From Catajapyx aquilonaris (Eukaryota), in NCBI GenBank assembly GCA_000934665.2, contig KZ538222.1, positions 1-64,000 on the forward strand: a stretch of DNA of 64,000 nucleotides, written 5' to 3'. The notes under the pieces were generated by a model. It was not told the DNA's origin. It was given only the letters and a program-made list of their open reading frames with translations, and ran no database searches. A program made the translations under genes and the position numbers. Below are positions 36,892-48,312 of the stretch, piece after piece (position 1 is the first letter of the stretch; each line of letters opens with the position of its first letter).

Positions 36892-39800
36892 CTAAAACCA
36901 AATACGGTAGTTCAAGTCCCACTTATTTTTTCTCTTCAGTTCTCGGAACTCTACTGCATCCGCCTGAGTGATCCCATTACATTTTCTAATTTTCAACACT
37001 CTGTGTGGATTTTTCAGCCCCAGAAGCCTCTTAATAGGGGCTGACGTGACATTGTGGCAGTACTCCATCTCCCACTCATGCAGATCCTCAAATTTGTTGC
37101 ATGCCAATACATCAGCCATCAGCTGATCTGTAAGGCTTGCTGTGAATCGTAGTTTCACATGAGTAAGTTTTGGTGACATCAGGGTGGCTTTCAAAGTGGA
37201 TTCTGATCCATCAACACTTTGCATCGCTTGAATCCCTTGCATCCCTTGAATCTCGCAATGAAATTCTAGCCTGCGGAGATTTGGAAATAGGACCTGGGGA
37301 TCCATGATGGTATGGTAGGTGGTGATTTCCTGGAGGTGCAGATGGGTGATCTTGGACCACTGCAAGCCAATTAGCTCTGCATTCACACAGGGGAACCCCT
37401 CAAGGTGTAAGACGGAGAGGGTCTCCAAGTGGCACTCTAGGACTAGCATCACAGAACGGTGGAAGGGCTCCCATTTCACCTGGCACGAAAAATGCAAGAT
37501 TTACCACACAGAAAAAAAAGGTCCTTAAAGGAGCACTACCTCAAAAATAAAAACTTGAAATTGTACTTTTAAAACATCACAACCTTCAAAAAGCATGCTG
37601 GTGAACATCAAAAAATCTTTGGACCTTCCAAATGGAAGACGGATTTTCAAGGTAATAAACAGGCGAGAGCAGGTGGCTGCATGTGATGTCAAGAGTAAGG
37701 CCGGTTCACACGTGGCCACTTTCAGCAGGGCCGCAACTAGGGGGGGGCGAGCGGGGCGCGTGCCCCGGGCGCCGTGGGTCAGGGGGCGCCGCGGTGCGGC
37801 GCCCCCTGACCCACGGCCCCACTTCCAAAAATAATAATTTTCCATTAAACGCGAAGACTGAAGGAGACGTGTTTTTTAAAAAGAGGCTAGAACCCGTCCC
37901 AAATAGTATCATTTGTCACCTTTGGTATAGAGGCATAATGTGATATTTGGCGTCAAACAAGACATATTATATTATATCTGTGAATGTGATAGGTTCCAAA
38001 ATTTCAAATATTTTCCCACAGACAGTAATAATATTTAGAGTCCGGATTCTTAGGCAACTGCCTGAACAGTTGGGATGGTTTTGTGAAGAGATCTATCTGT
38101 TTCATAAGTGTAGGATGTGGAAAATGAAGGTTTTATAGTGCCTAAAATGGCCTATAGTTCAGGGTTTTGGGAACAATTTTGCCTATTCTGGCTTTTTGTG
38201 CCTTTTCTTGCCTACTTGGCTTTTTTGGATAGTTTCGAACTTTTTGAAGCAATTTCGGGACTTTTTGGGCTTATTCCTTCACAGGCGTGTTTGGTTTTTT
38301 GAGGAGTATTTTTTGTGCTCCTGAAAGGACCAAAATCGTGCAGAAGTCATACGAATCAGGTTTCCGTGACACGTATTCCAAATATTTTTCTAAATTTTCC
38401 TCTGATTGGAAAAATATTTGGCAACATATTGTGCAAGTCTGGTGCAAGTGGAAACTGACTATAAGCGGTAGAGTCCAGAGCAAGAGTCTTTTGCCCAAGT
38501 TTTGTGATTTTATGTCACTTTATCGTTGTTATTTGGTTTTTCCTATGGTTTGCGAGCTTTATTTATACTTTAGGCCTATAAAATTATTCTGGCTTTTTTA
38601 TTTTCTGTAACATTCCTCCATATGCCCAAAAAAATAAACTTTTTGTGCCTATATGAGGTTTTTTCGTGCCTAAAAATCTGGACTCTAATAATATCTACAC
38701 AATATTCACTGTCACAATTAATCACTAAATAATACAAAAGAAGAGGGTAGTGTGTTTGGACTCAGAGTGTTGCAATGATGTGTTTATGTTTAGGATTGTT
38801 TTATTTTCAATTTTTTCCAATTTCTCCTAGTTATGACAGAAATTTGTAAGAATACTCTTGAAGTCCCTTCAAAATGACTATAAGCAGGTAACGAGTCTAG
38901 GTAAGAAAGCTTGCGAAATTCTTGAGAAAGATTTTTTTTTTTTGGAAAAAGGGCATCTTTGGTACCTAAAGTTTTCAATGGGTGTATTTAGTCAGCATAA
39001 TGTTTTTTTAGAAAACATCCATTGAGTGAATGATTTTCTGCGTCTTCTGTGGAAATAGTCTAATTTTTTTTGCAACGTATCTTGCAAATATTTCATATTT
39101 TTCCACTCGTAAACAAAAAACCACAAAATATGTACCTTTTAACTCCTAATTCATATTACTATGTTCAGATTGGCGGTTCTCTTTTGTATTTTTTTGATAG
39201 GAATTAAAATAGTATAGTGTGTAAAATAAATATTAAATGTTCTATCGAACCAAAATCAAAACAATTAAAAGTAAGATTAATACTTTGAACTACAATTTAA
39301 AGAAATATTGCTTTGAATGAAATATGCCCCTAAAATCATCCTTTAGACCTCAATGTTAAAATTAAGTCAGGAATTATTATACATTGAAAACTTCGAATTC
39401 CCCGGTGTGGGGGGGGGGGGGGGGGNCTTAGTTTGCCCCGGGTGACAAAGAACATAGTTGCGGCCCTGCTTTCAGTGGCAGCAACTGGCCACAGCAACTG
39501 ACCACTTTAGAAAATACATAGGATTGAATAAGAGTGTGGCCAGCGGCCACATGTGAATGCTCTCATTCAATCCTGCGTATTTCCAAAAGTGGTCAGTTAT
39601 TGCTGTGGCCAGTTGCTGCCACTAAAAGTGGCCACGAGTGAGCTAGGCCTTACTCACTTCAACAGTGCAGGATTTGCTTTTGTCACCATTCACGGCCATG
39701 TCTGACGCTTTTGTCACTGTGAGATGTAACCATGGTCTTAGAATAGTAAGGTCTGGTCACTCCCACTTAGGGTCCTGACGGGGTGGTTTGCGGCAGGTGG

Positions 39801-42443
39801 CCGAGTACTAGCGCTTTTCAGGCGCGAATAGACATTTGCGCCTGAAAAGCGCTATCACGTCGGCCACCTGCCGCAAAACGACCCGTCAGGCCCCCCAACG
39901 CGGTAAGAGGGGGAGTGTCCAGACCATAGATGCAACTATATCAAGCAGGAGAGTTCGAGTGTTGCTTTTTGTAGCACTTACAGGGTCATAGAGCTCTAAA
40001 TGGAAAGGTCAGTGCCGAGTGAAAAGGGTGGCAAGTGAGACCATAGGCTACGTAAATCTAGTGTCAAGAGACTGTTCAGAAAACCTAAATATGTAGCAAA
40101 TCACAGCTTCAGAATTGCTTTAATGTATGAGGTGTTTGGAAAATGTGATAAAAGCATGATACCAGATGTAGAGGACAACACACTGAACCCAAAAAGGCCA
40201 TGTTATAAATATTATGGCTGAATTACTATGAGCCCAGCACCAGCAGCAGCATTTGGTCAAAAGTTATAAACAGCAAATTTGGTAAGCAGTGATTTGTACT
40301 ACGGGACGCAAAAACAATGTCCGGGGAGAGTCTTCGTTCAGCCTAGTGGAGGCAAACCATTGCACAGATGTGTACACACACACTTGTGTGTACGTCCGTG
40401 CTTATCTGCTGAGTTTCTTCCCTCCTCCCTTAGCTACCCAGGTGCAATGGGTTGCTTCCGCAAGGCTGAACGAAGAATCTCCCCGGACATTGTTTATGCG
40501 TCCGATAGTACAGACCGAAATCTAGTAAGGGTGGAGAAATACCTCCCTGGCTCAGTTTGACATGTGCCTATGTATTAATATTCCAAATTCGCGAGAATAA
40601 TGTACAATGCGCATCCAGAAAGTAAGTACGTTTTTTAAAATTAGAACAACTACCAATTACCCCCAGAATTAATATTATGCACATATGAAAGGTCCAACTG
40701 TCTGCTTTTTTTTTCAACATAATTTCTAGCCAAATATAGGCATTTGCCATAGAGTTACAGAAGATTTTGTATGCGTGTGTCATAGGAGTTTGCCGCCAGC
40801 CATTTCCCAGCTGGACTGCAACTCCTCGTCAGCGTCAAACCTCTGATTCGCATGCCATTTCTTCATGTTCATGGACAGGTGGTAATCACTAGGCTCTAAA
40901 TCCCTGCTCTAAGGAGGGTGATCAAACAATTCTTACTTGAATTGTTGCGGCAGGGTTCCAATACGCAAGGCAGTAAGCAGGCGGGCATTGTCGTGCATGA
41001 AAAACACTTTGGAATTGAACATGCCGCAGAATTTGTTCAACCCAAAGGATTATTGTGAGATATTACAGAGGTTAAGGATGGCCATTCAAAAGAAACGTAG
41101 TGGCATGCTCAATTCAAGTACAGGGTGTCCCTAAATTATTGTCAACTTTTGAAAGCTGCTTAATTTCTATTAGTTGCAGTGTGCAATGACAAGACATATA
41201 TAGAACGAAAGACCACATTTGGGAGTTTTTATTGCACACAGAAAAGTTGGTTCCGCACTTTGCCGCGAGGCACACAGGGCCACTCCACAAAATGGTGTCT
41301 CCCGAACAGAAAACGTTCCGTGTCCTGCAGTTTGCAAAGCTTGGTTCGGTAGTTAGTGTTCAGCAGGCCTTCCAGCGACAGTACAGAGGACATTACGCCC
41401 CTCCCTACAAATCTACAATCACATTCAACGGTGGTTCCAGAAGTTTCAGACGACAGGATGCCTTTGCAAGGGCAAGGATCGGCGGATCGGACATGCCTGT
41501 CAGTAAGATCTGGTTTTTCCCCAGTGGCCACCAAGGTCTCCCGACCTCACCCCATGTGACTTTTTCCTCTGTGGGTATATGTAAAGGACCAGGTCTTCGT
41601 ACCACGGCTACCTACCAGCCTGTGTGAGTTGAAACACAGGATTGTTGCTGCTGTGGAATCAATCACACCAGACCTGCTGGCCTGTGTAGAGAATTGGACT
41701 ATCATGTCGTGTGACGAAAGGTGCTCATATTGAGCACTTGTAGTGTGTGCAATAAAAACTCCCAAATGTGCTCTTTCGTTCTATGTCTGTCTTGTCATTG
41801 CACACCGCAACTAATAGAAATTAAGCAACTTTCAAATGTTGACAATCATTTAGGGACACCCTGTATTTTTCTTGAGTGACAATGCCGCCACGCCACATAC
41901 TGCCTTTCGCAATGAAACCCTGCCCCAACAATTCAAGGGAGAATAGTTCCCTTAGAGCAGCGATTTAGAGCCTAGCAATTACCACCTGTCCCTGTACACA
42001 AAGAAATGGCATGCAAATCAGAGATTTCACAATGACGAGGAGTTGCAGTCCAGCGGGGGAATGGCTGACGGCAAACTTCTATGATATACATTCTTCTACA
42101 TATACAAAATCATGGGGAGACGGAGTGGCGCCGCGGTAACGTGCGCGCCCACGGATGTTAAGGTCCCGGGTTTGATCCCAGCCCGGGGACACCCCCTTCA
42201 TCTCGTGCAGAGTTCTGGGGTCGTCTCTGGCTTCGTCTCGGCTCTCGGGTGGTATTTCCACAGACTAAACCACCCGGGGGAGTTCACAAAATGACCAAGC
42301 ACCGTTACCGCACTGCACTTGCACATCCCCTCCTGTCATCCTGCCCATGGGCCCGGGTGCTTCGAATATGGTTCCACAAAAATGTACTGTTCGATTGAAA
42401 ATAAAGGTCCGTGTGATGCCCTTGGGTGAGCACTACCCCAACA

Positions 42444-42506
<63 letters not shown>

Positions 42507-44739
42507 ATAATAATATACAAAATCATCTGTAACTCTATGACAAATGCCTAGATTTGGCTGAAACCTATGTTGAAAAAAAGTAGACAGTTGAACCTCTCAG
42601 ATGTGCATAATATTAATTCTGGGGGTACTTTGTAGTTTTTCTAATTAAAAAATGGAACTTACTTTCTGGACGTGCCTCGTAGTTTGGATGTTTGGATGTA
42701 CAGATTCAAATTAAAAGATACAAAGAGAACCTGATAAATAACAGCAATTTGGAATAGCACAAAACCTGATGCAATTAACAACTCAGTCCATTCAGCCATT
42801 TTATGAAGTTCTCTTATTATCTTTTATTCAGTACTGTAGTGTCCTGGCAATCTGACTGTTTCTGTTGCCCTGACTGCCAGGATATTTACGTTGTATAAAT
42901 ATCCTGGGTGCTGTTTGTATATGTGGTGAGTTCTGAGTCCTGCTGGATGGACGCAGTGTATCATAGTCCTGAATAAGAGTCCATACTGGTTGTTATACAG
43001 TACTTTCTCCCATGTGTCCCTGTGTTATTTTTTTTTTGTGTCTCTGACGACTAAGATGTGGGACATTACAGTACTAAATGAGTAGCAGTGAGCTGCCATC
43101 ATCATTATTATACTAATAAGGCAAATGATATGTAATCATGAATCAAACAGGGGCAGTGAGGCATTCCTCAGTCCCCATGATACTTCATGTTTGGAAAAAT
43201 CCCTGCTCACTACCATTATTGCTATTAAGAACTTTTTGCTCGCGCTTTGCAGCTGTTGTAACCCAGCAGTAATTTTTATAACAAAAAGTAGGAGGACATT
43301 GTTGTATTTTTCCAAGCACCCTGCATTCTTATAATCGTTCTCACTTAGAGCAACAAAAAAACACCTTTTTACAACTATACAAATCAATGGGATATCTTTG
43401 GTCTTACCTGCTCAGTACGTGGTGCATACCATCTCACAGAAAATTCTACAAGACCCTTCGTCTTTTGTAGTGGTACTAAAATGTCTCCCTTCGCCAAGCA
43501 GAGCCTGGTGACTTCAACCCTAGTAACTTTTTCGCAGGCATTCAGACAAAGATCAAGGGTGTCAATTGATGTGCCCCTCTGGACCTCAAGGTAAAGATCC
43601 TGCAGTGGCCTTGTATTCTTGTTCCCTTCTAATCTTCTCTTCTGGATCTGCTCAAGCACGGTTGCGGTGTCACAGTGCTGCAAAGATTGCAGAGCCGGCA
43701 AGTTTTCTAGTGCAGCTCTCACTCCCTCTGGTCCCACTTTGGTCCCTCCAAGCAGCAGGTGTGTGAGTTTCCTGCACTGGCCACTCCTCCTGTGGTCACC
43801 AGAGCCATTTCCATTGGCCACACAAAGACTTTTAATTCCAGCATCTGTCATTTGCTTGCAGCCTGTCAAAATCAACGTCCTAGGGCACAGAAAAATTGTG
43901 GTCAATCAGGTGTGGTTAAAACTTATTCCAGAACACAGGTGATGAATGATACCATTTTGAGTATGCCATACTGTATTTTCAATGTCAGAATTCATTGATT
44001 TCAGAATGTTGATAATGGAAATCAAGTGATGTCAATTTTTCCTTCTGTACATTACACTGATGCAAATGCCCCATATGGGACAGGCCATCATTTGAAAATG
44101 AGGCTGCCTGTCATACGTACATTGCATATGGCCTTATTGTTTAACCAAACAGGAAATGATAAATAGGACATGCTGGAATTGTCACTGTATCATTTGTGGT
44201 ATGACTCACTTGAGGTTAACAGAATGGGCTCCCAAGCAGGTCAGAACATCACTTGTTAATAGCGAGAAGGCCATGTTGAATTCTTGTAGATTCAGAAGTG
44301 ATGGGATAGCCATCTTGAGGGGCACGTCTGATATGTAGTTATTATAAGATACATTCAACGTTGTGATACTGGTGCAATGGGATCCCATCAAGTCTAGTAC
44401 AAATGGTAAGTACTCGGTACCCCTGTGAGAAACATCAAGCTTGTACAAATGTGGGACCAGTAGTGCCTGCACATTATGCCTTTGGACCTGCTTCTTCTGG
44501 TCAATCAGAGTGCGGATAATCTGATTCATCAGAATAGTCGCTTCAACAAAGGAAGACAATCAGGTTAGTCATATATTACTCACCAGAGAAATATTGCACT
44601 TGACCTCTTAGCAGCACTTACGTATTTTATGAAATGGGCTCGTGGGAAATAAGTCCTTATTCGACCACCTGTCTATATTTAGGGAGATGTTGTGCAGGCA
44701 GACCTCCTGAAGGCTCTTGGGAGCCACTTTCTGAGGCAT
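36892..44739 (-). CDS. F-box/leucine-rich-repeat (RNI-like) protein, ~502 aa
   Basis: Exons 44739-44622, 44540-44210, 43879-43408 and 37479-36892 are phase consistent (1,509 nt). N-terminus MP...PKSLQEVCL...I..N (BC-box-like) and IPTILMNQII; Cys-containing LRRs LKTLILTGCKQMTDAGI, LTHLLLGGTKV, LKIRKCNGIT. Extra exons in the 5.9-kb intron cannot be excluded. Confidence 0.8.
37726..39468. mobile_element. non-autonomous DNA transposon with CAGGGCCGCAACTA TIRs and a 7-bp TSD
   Basis: 14-bp TIR; CTTTCAG at 37719-25 and 39469-75. Confidence 0.8.
38036..38687. mobile_element. hAT-type non-autonomous element
   Basis: TAGAGTCCGGATT...AATCTGGACTCTA; TSD ATAATATT/ATAATATC. Confidence 0.75.
39747..39928. 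repeat. GC-rich palindromic element (probable MITE)
   Basis: CCTGACGGG..TTTGCGGCAGGTGGCCGA..AGCGCTTTTCAGGCGC with its inverse. Confidence 0.7.
40299..40508. mobile_element. long-TIR MITE
   Basis: TGTA-CTACGGGACGCAAAAACAATGTCCGGGGAGA...TCTCCCCGGACATTGTTTATGCGTCCGATAG-TACA. Confidence 0.75.
41121..41863 (+). mobile_element. internally deleted Tc1/mariner-superfamily element
   Basis: TA-CAGGGTGTCCCTAAA ~120-bp TIRs; N-terminal remnant MVSPEQKTFRVLQFAK...VQQAFQRQY and WPPRSPDLTPCDFFL motif. Confidence 0.88.
42114..42512 (+). mobile_element. SINE family A, full length, (TTA)n tail
   Basis: tRNA-like head; 14-bp TSD ATATACAAAATCAT at 42100-13 and 42513-26. Confidence 0.9.
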
Positions 44740-45367
44740 GTTTGCGCTCGCTGGCGGGAGAGCAACGGGTAGTGTCCCTGCACGATTGCTCCTCCTCCCT
44801 GGGAACCTGGTCGTTTGTCTCCCTACTGGCGTGTCACACCTGTCCTGGCCGCACCCACCCACTGGCTGTGGTGCACAGGTGCTGGGTGGGGTTCGAATCC
44901 TCCGCAATGTGCACTGTCGGTGAGCCTGGATGTGCGTCGGTCAGAACTCGGCCGAAGCTGTGGGGATGGAACAGCGGGATGGACTTTCGAAATATTCGAA
45001 TCTGACAGGGGTGGACTGGAGTGGAGGGGTGAAGGGCGACAAGTAGGCAACGTCGCAAGTATGATTTTGCTCACATTCGGCTGTGGTTCGGGTAAGGTTC
45101 GGGCTGGTTCGGGCTTCGGGGCCATGGGCTTCGCACGGATTCGGGCTCGGGCCGGAGGGTGCGTTCGAATGGGTGTCACGCGATCTGTAGTACGGTTTAT
45201 GAACATTTGGTTATGAATTAGTACGGTACTGTTAAGAAGGAAGAGGCAAATTCGAACACCACGAGGGTTTCTACCTGGTTTCTATGCAGTGTGGTTGGAT
45301 GAATCATTGAATGATAGTAGGGCAGGCTGTACCAACATAACCTGACGTAACCTAATATTCCAAAAGC

Positions 45368-46246
45368 GTCTCCCCAGAGCCAGCACGACCTCGCCTGCGC
45401 CCCATCGTGCGGGAACAATTGTGCGGGCTGTGCGGGAGTGCCGGGAAGCGCAGCGCATGCGCCGTTCCGTTCATCGCCGATCCGATCACTCCATCTGATA
45501 ACTGCTACTCCGTAGCAGCTACTGCGATTCCGCTATCCGCTATCCGCTATCCGCTATCCTGCTATCATATACGGTTGTTGTCACATCCGTACGTAGGGCT
45601 ATACGCTGAGGATAGGGCTGTATACGCTGAGGATAGGGCTGTACACGCAACGAGTGAAGGTTAGGTTAGGTTAGGTTGGGTTAGTACATCGTACCCCTAC
45701 CCCCTGCCCACATCAAGCAGTGAAAATTAATATTCCAGCACTGAAAATATCAACACGCTCGCCCCATCCACGTCATTTAACGGCGGCCTGACCTCTGCGC
45801 TATACAGTATAAGAACCCCCATCGGAAGGAGCCTTCGCAGCGATGGCTGCTGTAGCGTATTGCTGGTTAGCGCGCTCGCCTATAGAATAGAAGGCTGTAG
45901 GTTCGCGTCCCAGTTAGGCTTCTTTTTTCCCCCCTCTTTTTTCGTCGTCTTTTCTTCAGTGTCTTTTTTTCCCTCCCTTCCTCCTTATTTTTATCCATGA
46001 ATTTATTTAGTACCGTACAGTACCCCACCTGCAGGAAGTATTGTCAGTCACGCGTCATTATATGGCGAAAATGCAAAGATACCGAGTCGCAGAATAGCGC
46101 AATAGCTGTAGCGGCTGCTGAGTAGCAGCTACACAGCTCTGACCCCCCCNCCCCCCCCCCCCCTTCTCTCTTCTCAGCTTCCCGGCCCTCCCGCACGATG
46201 GCGCGCAGGCGAGGTCGTGCTTAAGTCGTGCTAGCTGTGGGGAGCC
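45368..46246. mobile_element. TIR element with internal tandem repeats, (TTAGG)n and a tRNA-like cassette
   Basis: AGCACGACCTCGCCTGCGC.CCATCGTGCGGGA near 45382 and its inverse near 46189-46221; (CCGCTAT)n; a 21-bp tandem pair; GGTTAGGTTAGGTTAGG near 45659. No clear TSD. Confidence 0.6.
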
Positions 46247-46596
46247 GTTTGTAATATTCCGTGGTATCGGCGAGAGAGCCATCTCTGGGTATTTTCTCGA
46301 ACTAATGTGAGCAGCGGCCATATTGTAGAAATATAAAATTATTCCGAGTACAGAGTTAAGCCTTGGTTTCCAGCATTTTACCAACTGGCAACTGCCACCC
46401 CCTAAACATATATGTTTCCATAAATGTGCAACTCCCCCTTCCTCCCCCTCCCCCCTCTACAGAAAACATACACTCTGTACGGCCGCAAAAATGGTTCAAT
46501 AATTGACACAGAAAATGCACGGAAAAAATTGATGATTTGGCACCTAGTTCGTCTTTTTTTTCCATTTTCGCCCAAGAAAATAATGACTTTTACGAC

Positions 46597-46870
46597 GGGC
46601 GACACGGTGGCGGAGTGGTTAGCGCCGCAGCCTTCCACCTCTAAGGTCCCGAGGACCCGCGAGTTCGATCCCCGGATCGGACAGAGGATACCTATGTGGA
46701 TAGAGTTTCGATGGGTTCTCTCCGTGTTCGCGTGGGTTTTCTCGGGGTTCTCCCGTTTCCTCCCACTATCAAAATCCATCACAGCGCAGGCAATGATTAA
46801 AGTCAGTCTATTAAAAGATGATCCCCTAAAAAGCCCGAGGAGGCTTATCACGGGGTATCCATTATTATTA
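46597..46870 (+). mobile_element. SINE family B
   Basis: Closely similar to 8776-9031. Confidence 0.85.
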
Positions 46871-46899
46871 TATTACGGTATTATTATTTAAAAAAATAA

Positions 46900-47255
46900 G
46901 GGGAGGTGTGGTGGCCGTGATGGTAACGTCTCGGCTTGCTGTGTGAAAGGCCCCAGGTTCGATCCCCGCCTGGGGAACTTTCCTTTCACCTGCGTCAGGA
47001 GGGTCTCTGACCTGCACCAAGGAGGTGTCTGGCAACCTAACCTCCTGGGGAACAGCACATGACCCGTTTTCAGACGTACACTTGCACCCATGTTCCCTCC
47101 CCGAAAATCCCTATCCTTACCTCTTGTCCTTTCATCCTTATTGCACCGGTATTAGAAGAAAATAATAAGAAAATTGAAGGAAAATGGTGGTAATCCACCC
47201 CCCTATAAGGGCCCATGGCCCTAGCACGGGGTAACGTATATAAAAAAAATAAAAA
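46900..47255 (+). mobile_element. SINE family C, full length
   Basis: Head GGGAGGTGTGGTGGCCGTGATGG...GGTTCGATCCCC; tail GGCCCTAGCACGGGGTAACG followed by an A-rich run. Confidence 0.85.
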
Positions 47256-48312
47256 ATGACTTTTACGGCGAGTTGAAGTGAACGGAAAACGGCGTTTCCG
47301 AAATAATGTGAATTTGATTAACATGGCGGAAGGAATCGCGAGATAATAATCGGACACATTTCTGAGGCCGTGTGTCCACAATATTTTAATGCAATCGTGT
47401 CGAGTATGGTAAGGCCAAATCTTTGCGCGCGTTTTTCGAGCTTAACATTTCGCGACAAAAAAATTAAATTCCGTACGAAATGAGTTACCATATTTTTACT
47501 GCTGCGCCCCTTTAATCCCGGGTATTCCCCCTGCACATCTGGACAGAACTTCGTCAATTATTATCCATCTTGAAATGTATCTTTCAATGTGCGGTCGCGG
47601 AACAAATCAATGAGCTCCTCTCGTTCATAAGTAGTCAGGTTTTCCCTTGTAAACTCACTGAAGAAATTTAGAACCTATTGGACCTTTGCAATGTCAATAT
47701 CACCGAAACATATCAGCAAAACATACCAGTTATCACAAAGTAATTTTTATATTGCATCTGCTTCTCCTGCATAGCTTTTTCCTTCAAGCTAATGTAAGTT
47801 GTAGTGCAGCTTGATTGCGGCTCCGTAGGGTAGCGAGGTCGGTATAAATAAAAGGGGCTTCCGCTGATAGATAGAGGAGAGCGTCAGGGCGAACCACGGG
47901 GCGAACGTTGCTAGATTTCTCTTACCGAACTATGGCTCAAACCATGCAAGAGCTGCTCAAACATAAAACTCGTATCATACACAGTGTTCACCAATTTTTC
48001 TATTTTAAATTCTTCATTATTGCGCATAAATTGAAAAAAAAGAGTGGAACCCAGGTCCGCAACCCCGCTGGGGGTCGCGACCCACCGGTTGGAAACCACG
48101 GTGTTAATGTTTTACTCAACAGATCAGCACAATTAATACGCGAAAGCCAAAGTCACCCCAAAGTGCACTCCTTTGGCTTGCGACAACTCCTTCGTCCTAT
48201 CCAATTGATGATTATTTATCACTGTAGGCCGGCCATATAATGCAACATATCTGTCCGGTCCCTCCCATACCTCTCAGAGCAACACAATCGCACAAAAAAC
48301 CCTATCCGCACT

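Larger units (their letters stand above)
37699..39649. mobile_element. Harbinger-type MITE split by nested insertions
   Basis: TAA-GGCCGGTTCACACGTGGCCACT...AGTGGCCACGAGTGAGCTAGGCC-TTA. Confidence 0.75.
40605..42679. mobile_element. fold-back mariner derivative carrying two nested insertions
   Basis: TA-flanked TCCAGAAAGTAAG TIRs; 40605-41028 is the inverse of 41098-42679 once the insertions are removed; remnant YCEILQRLRMAIQKKRSG. Confidence 0.85.

Noticed and set aside
39658..39716. Exon-like segment (CAG...GTGAG) in the F-box/LRR intron
   Set aside because: 59 nt would shift the frame; the flanking exons already join in phase 0.
44740..45216. Several overlapping GC-rich ORFs
   Set aside because: CpG-rich promoter and 5' UTR of the F-box/LRR gene; low stop frequency explains the ORFs.
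45659..45685. (TTAGG)n as a telomere
   Set aside because: Only about five units, internal to a TIR element.
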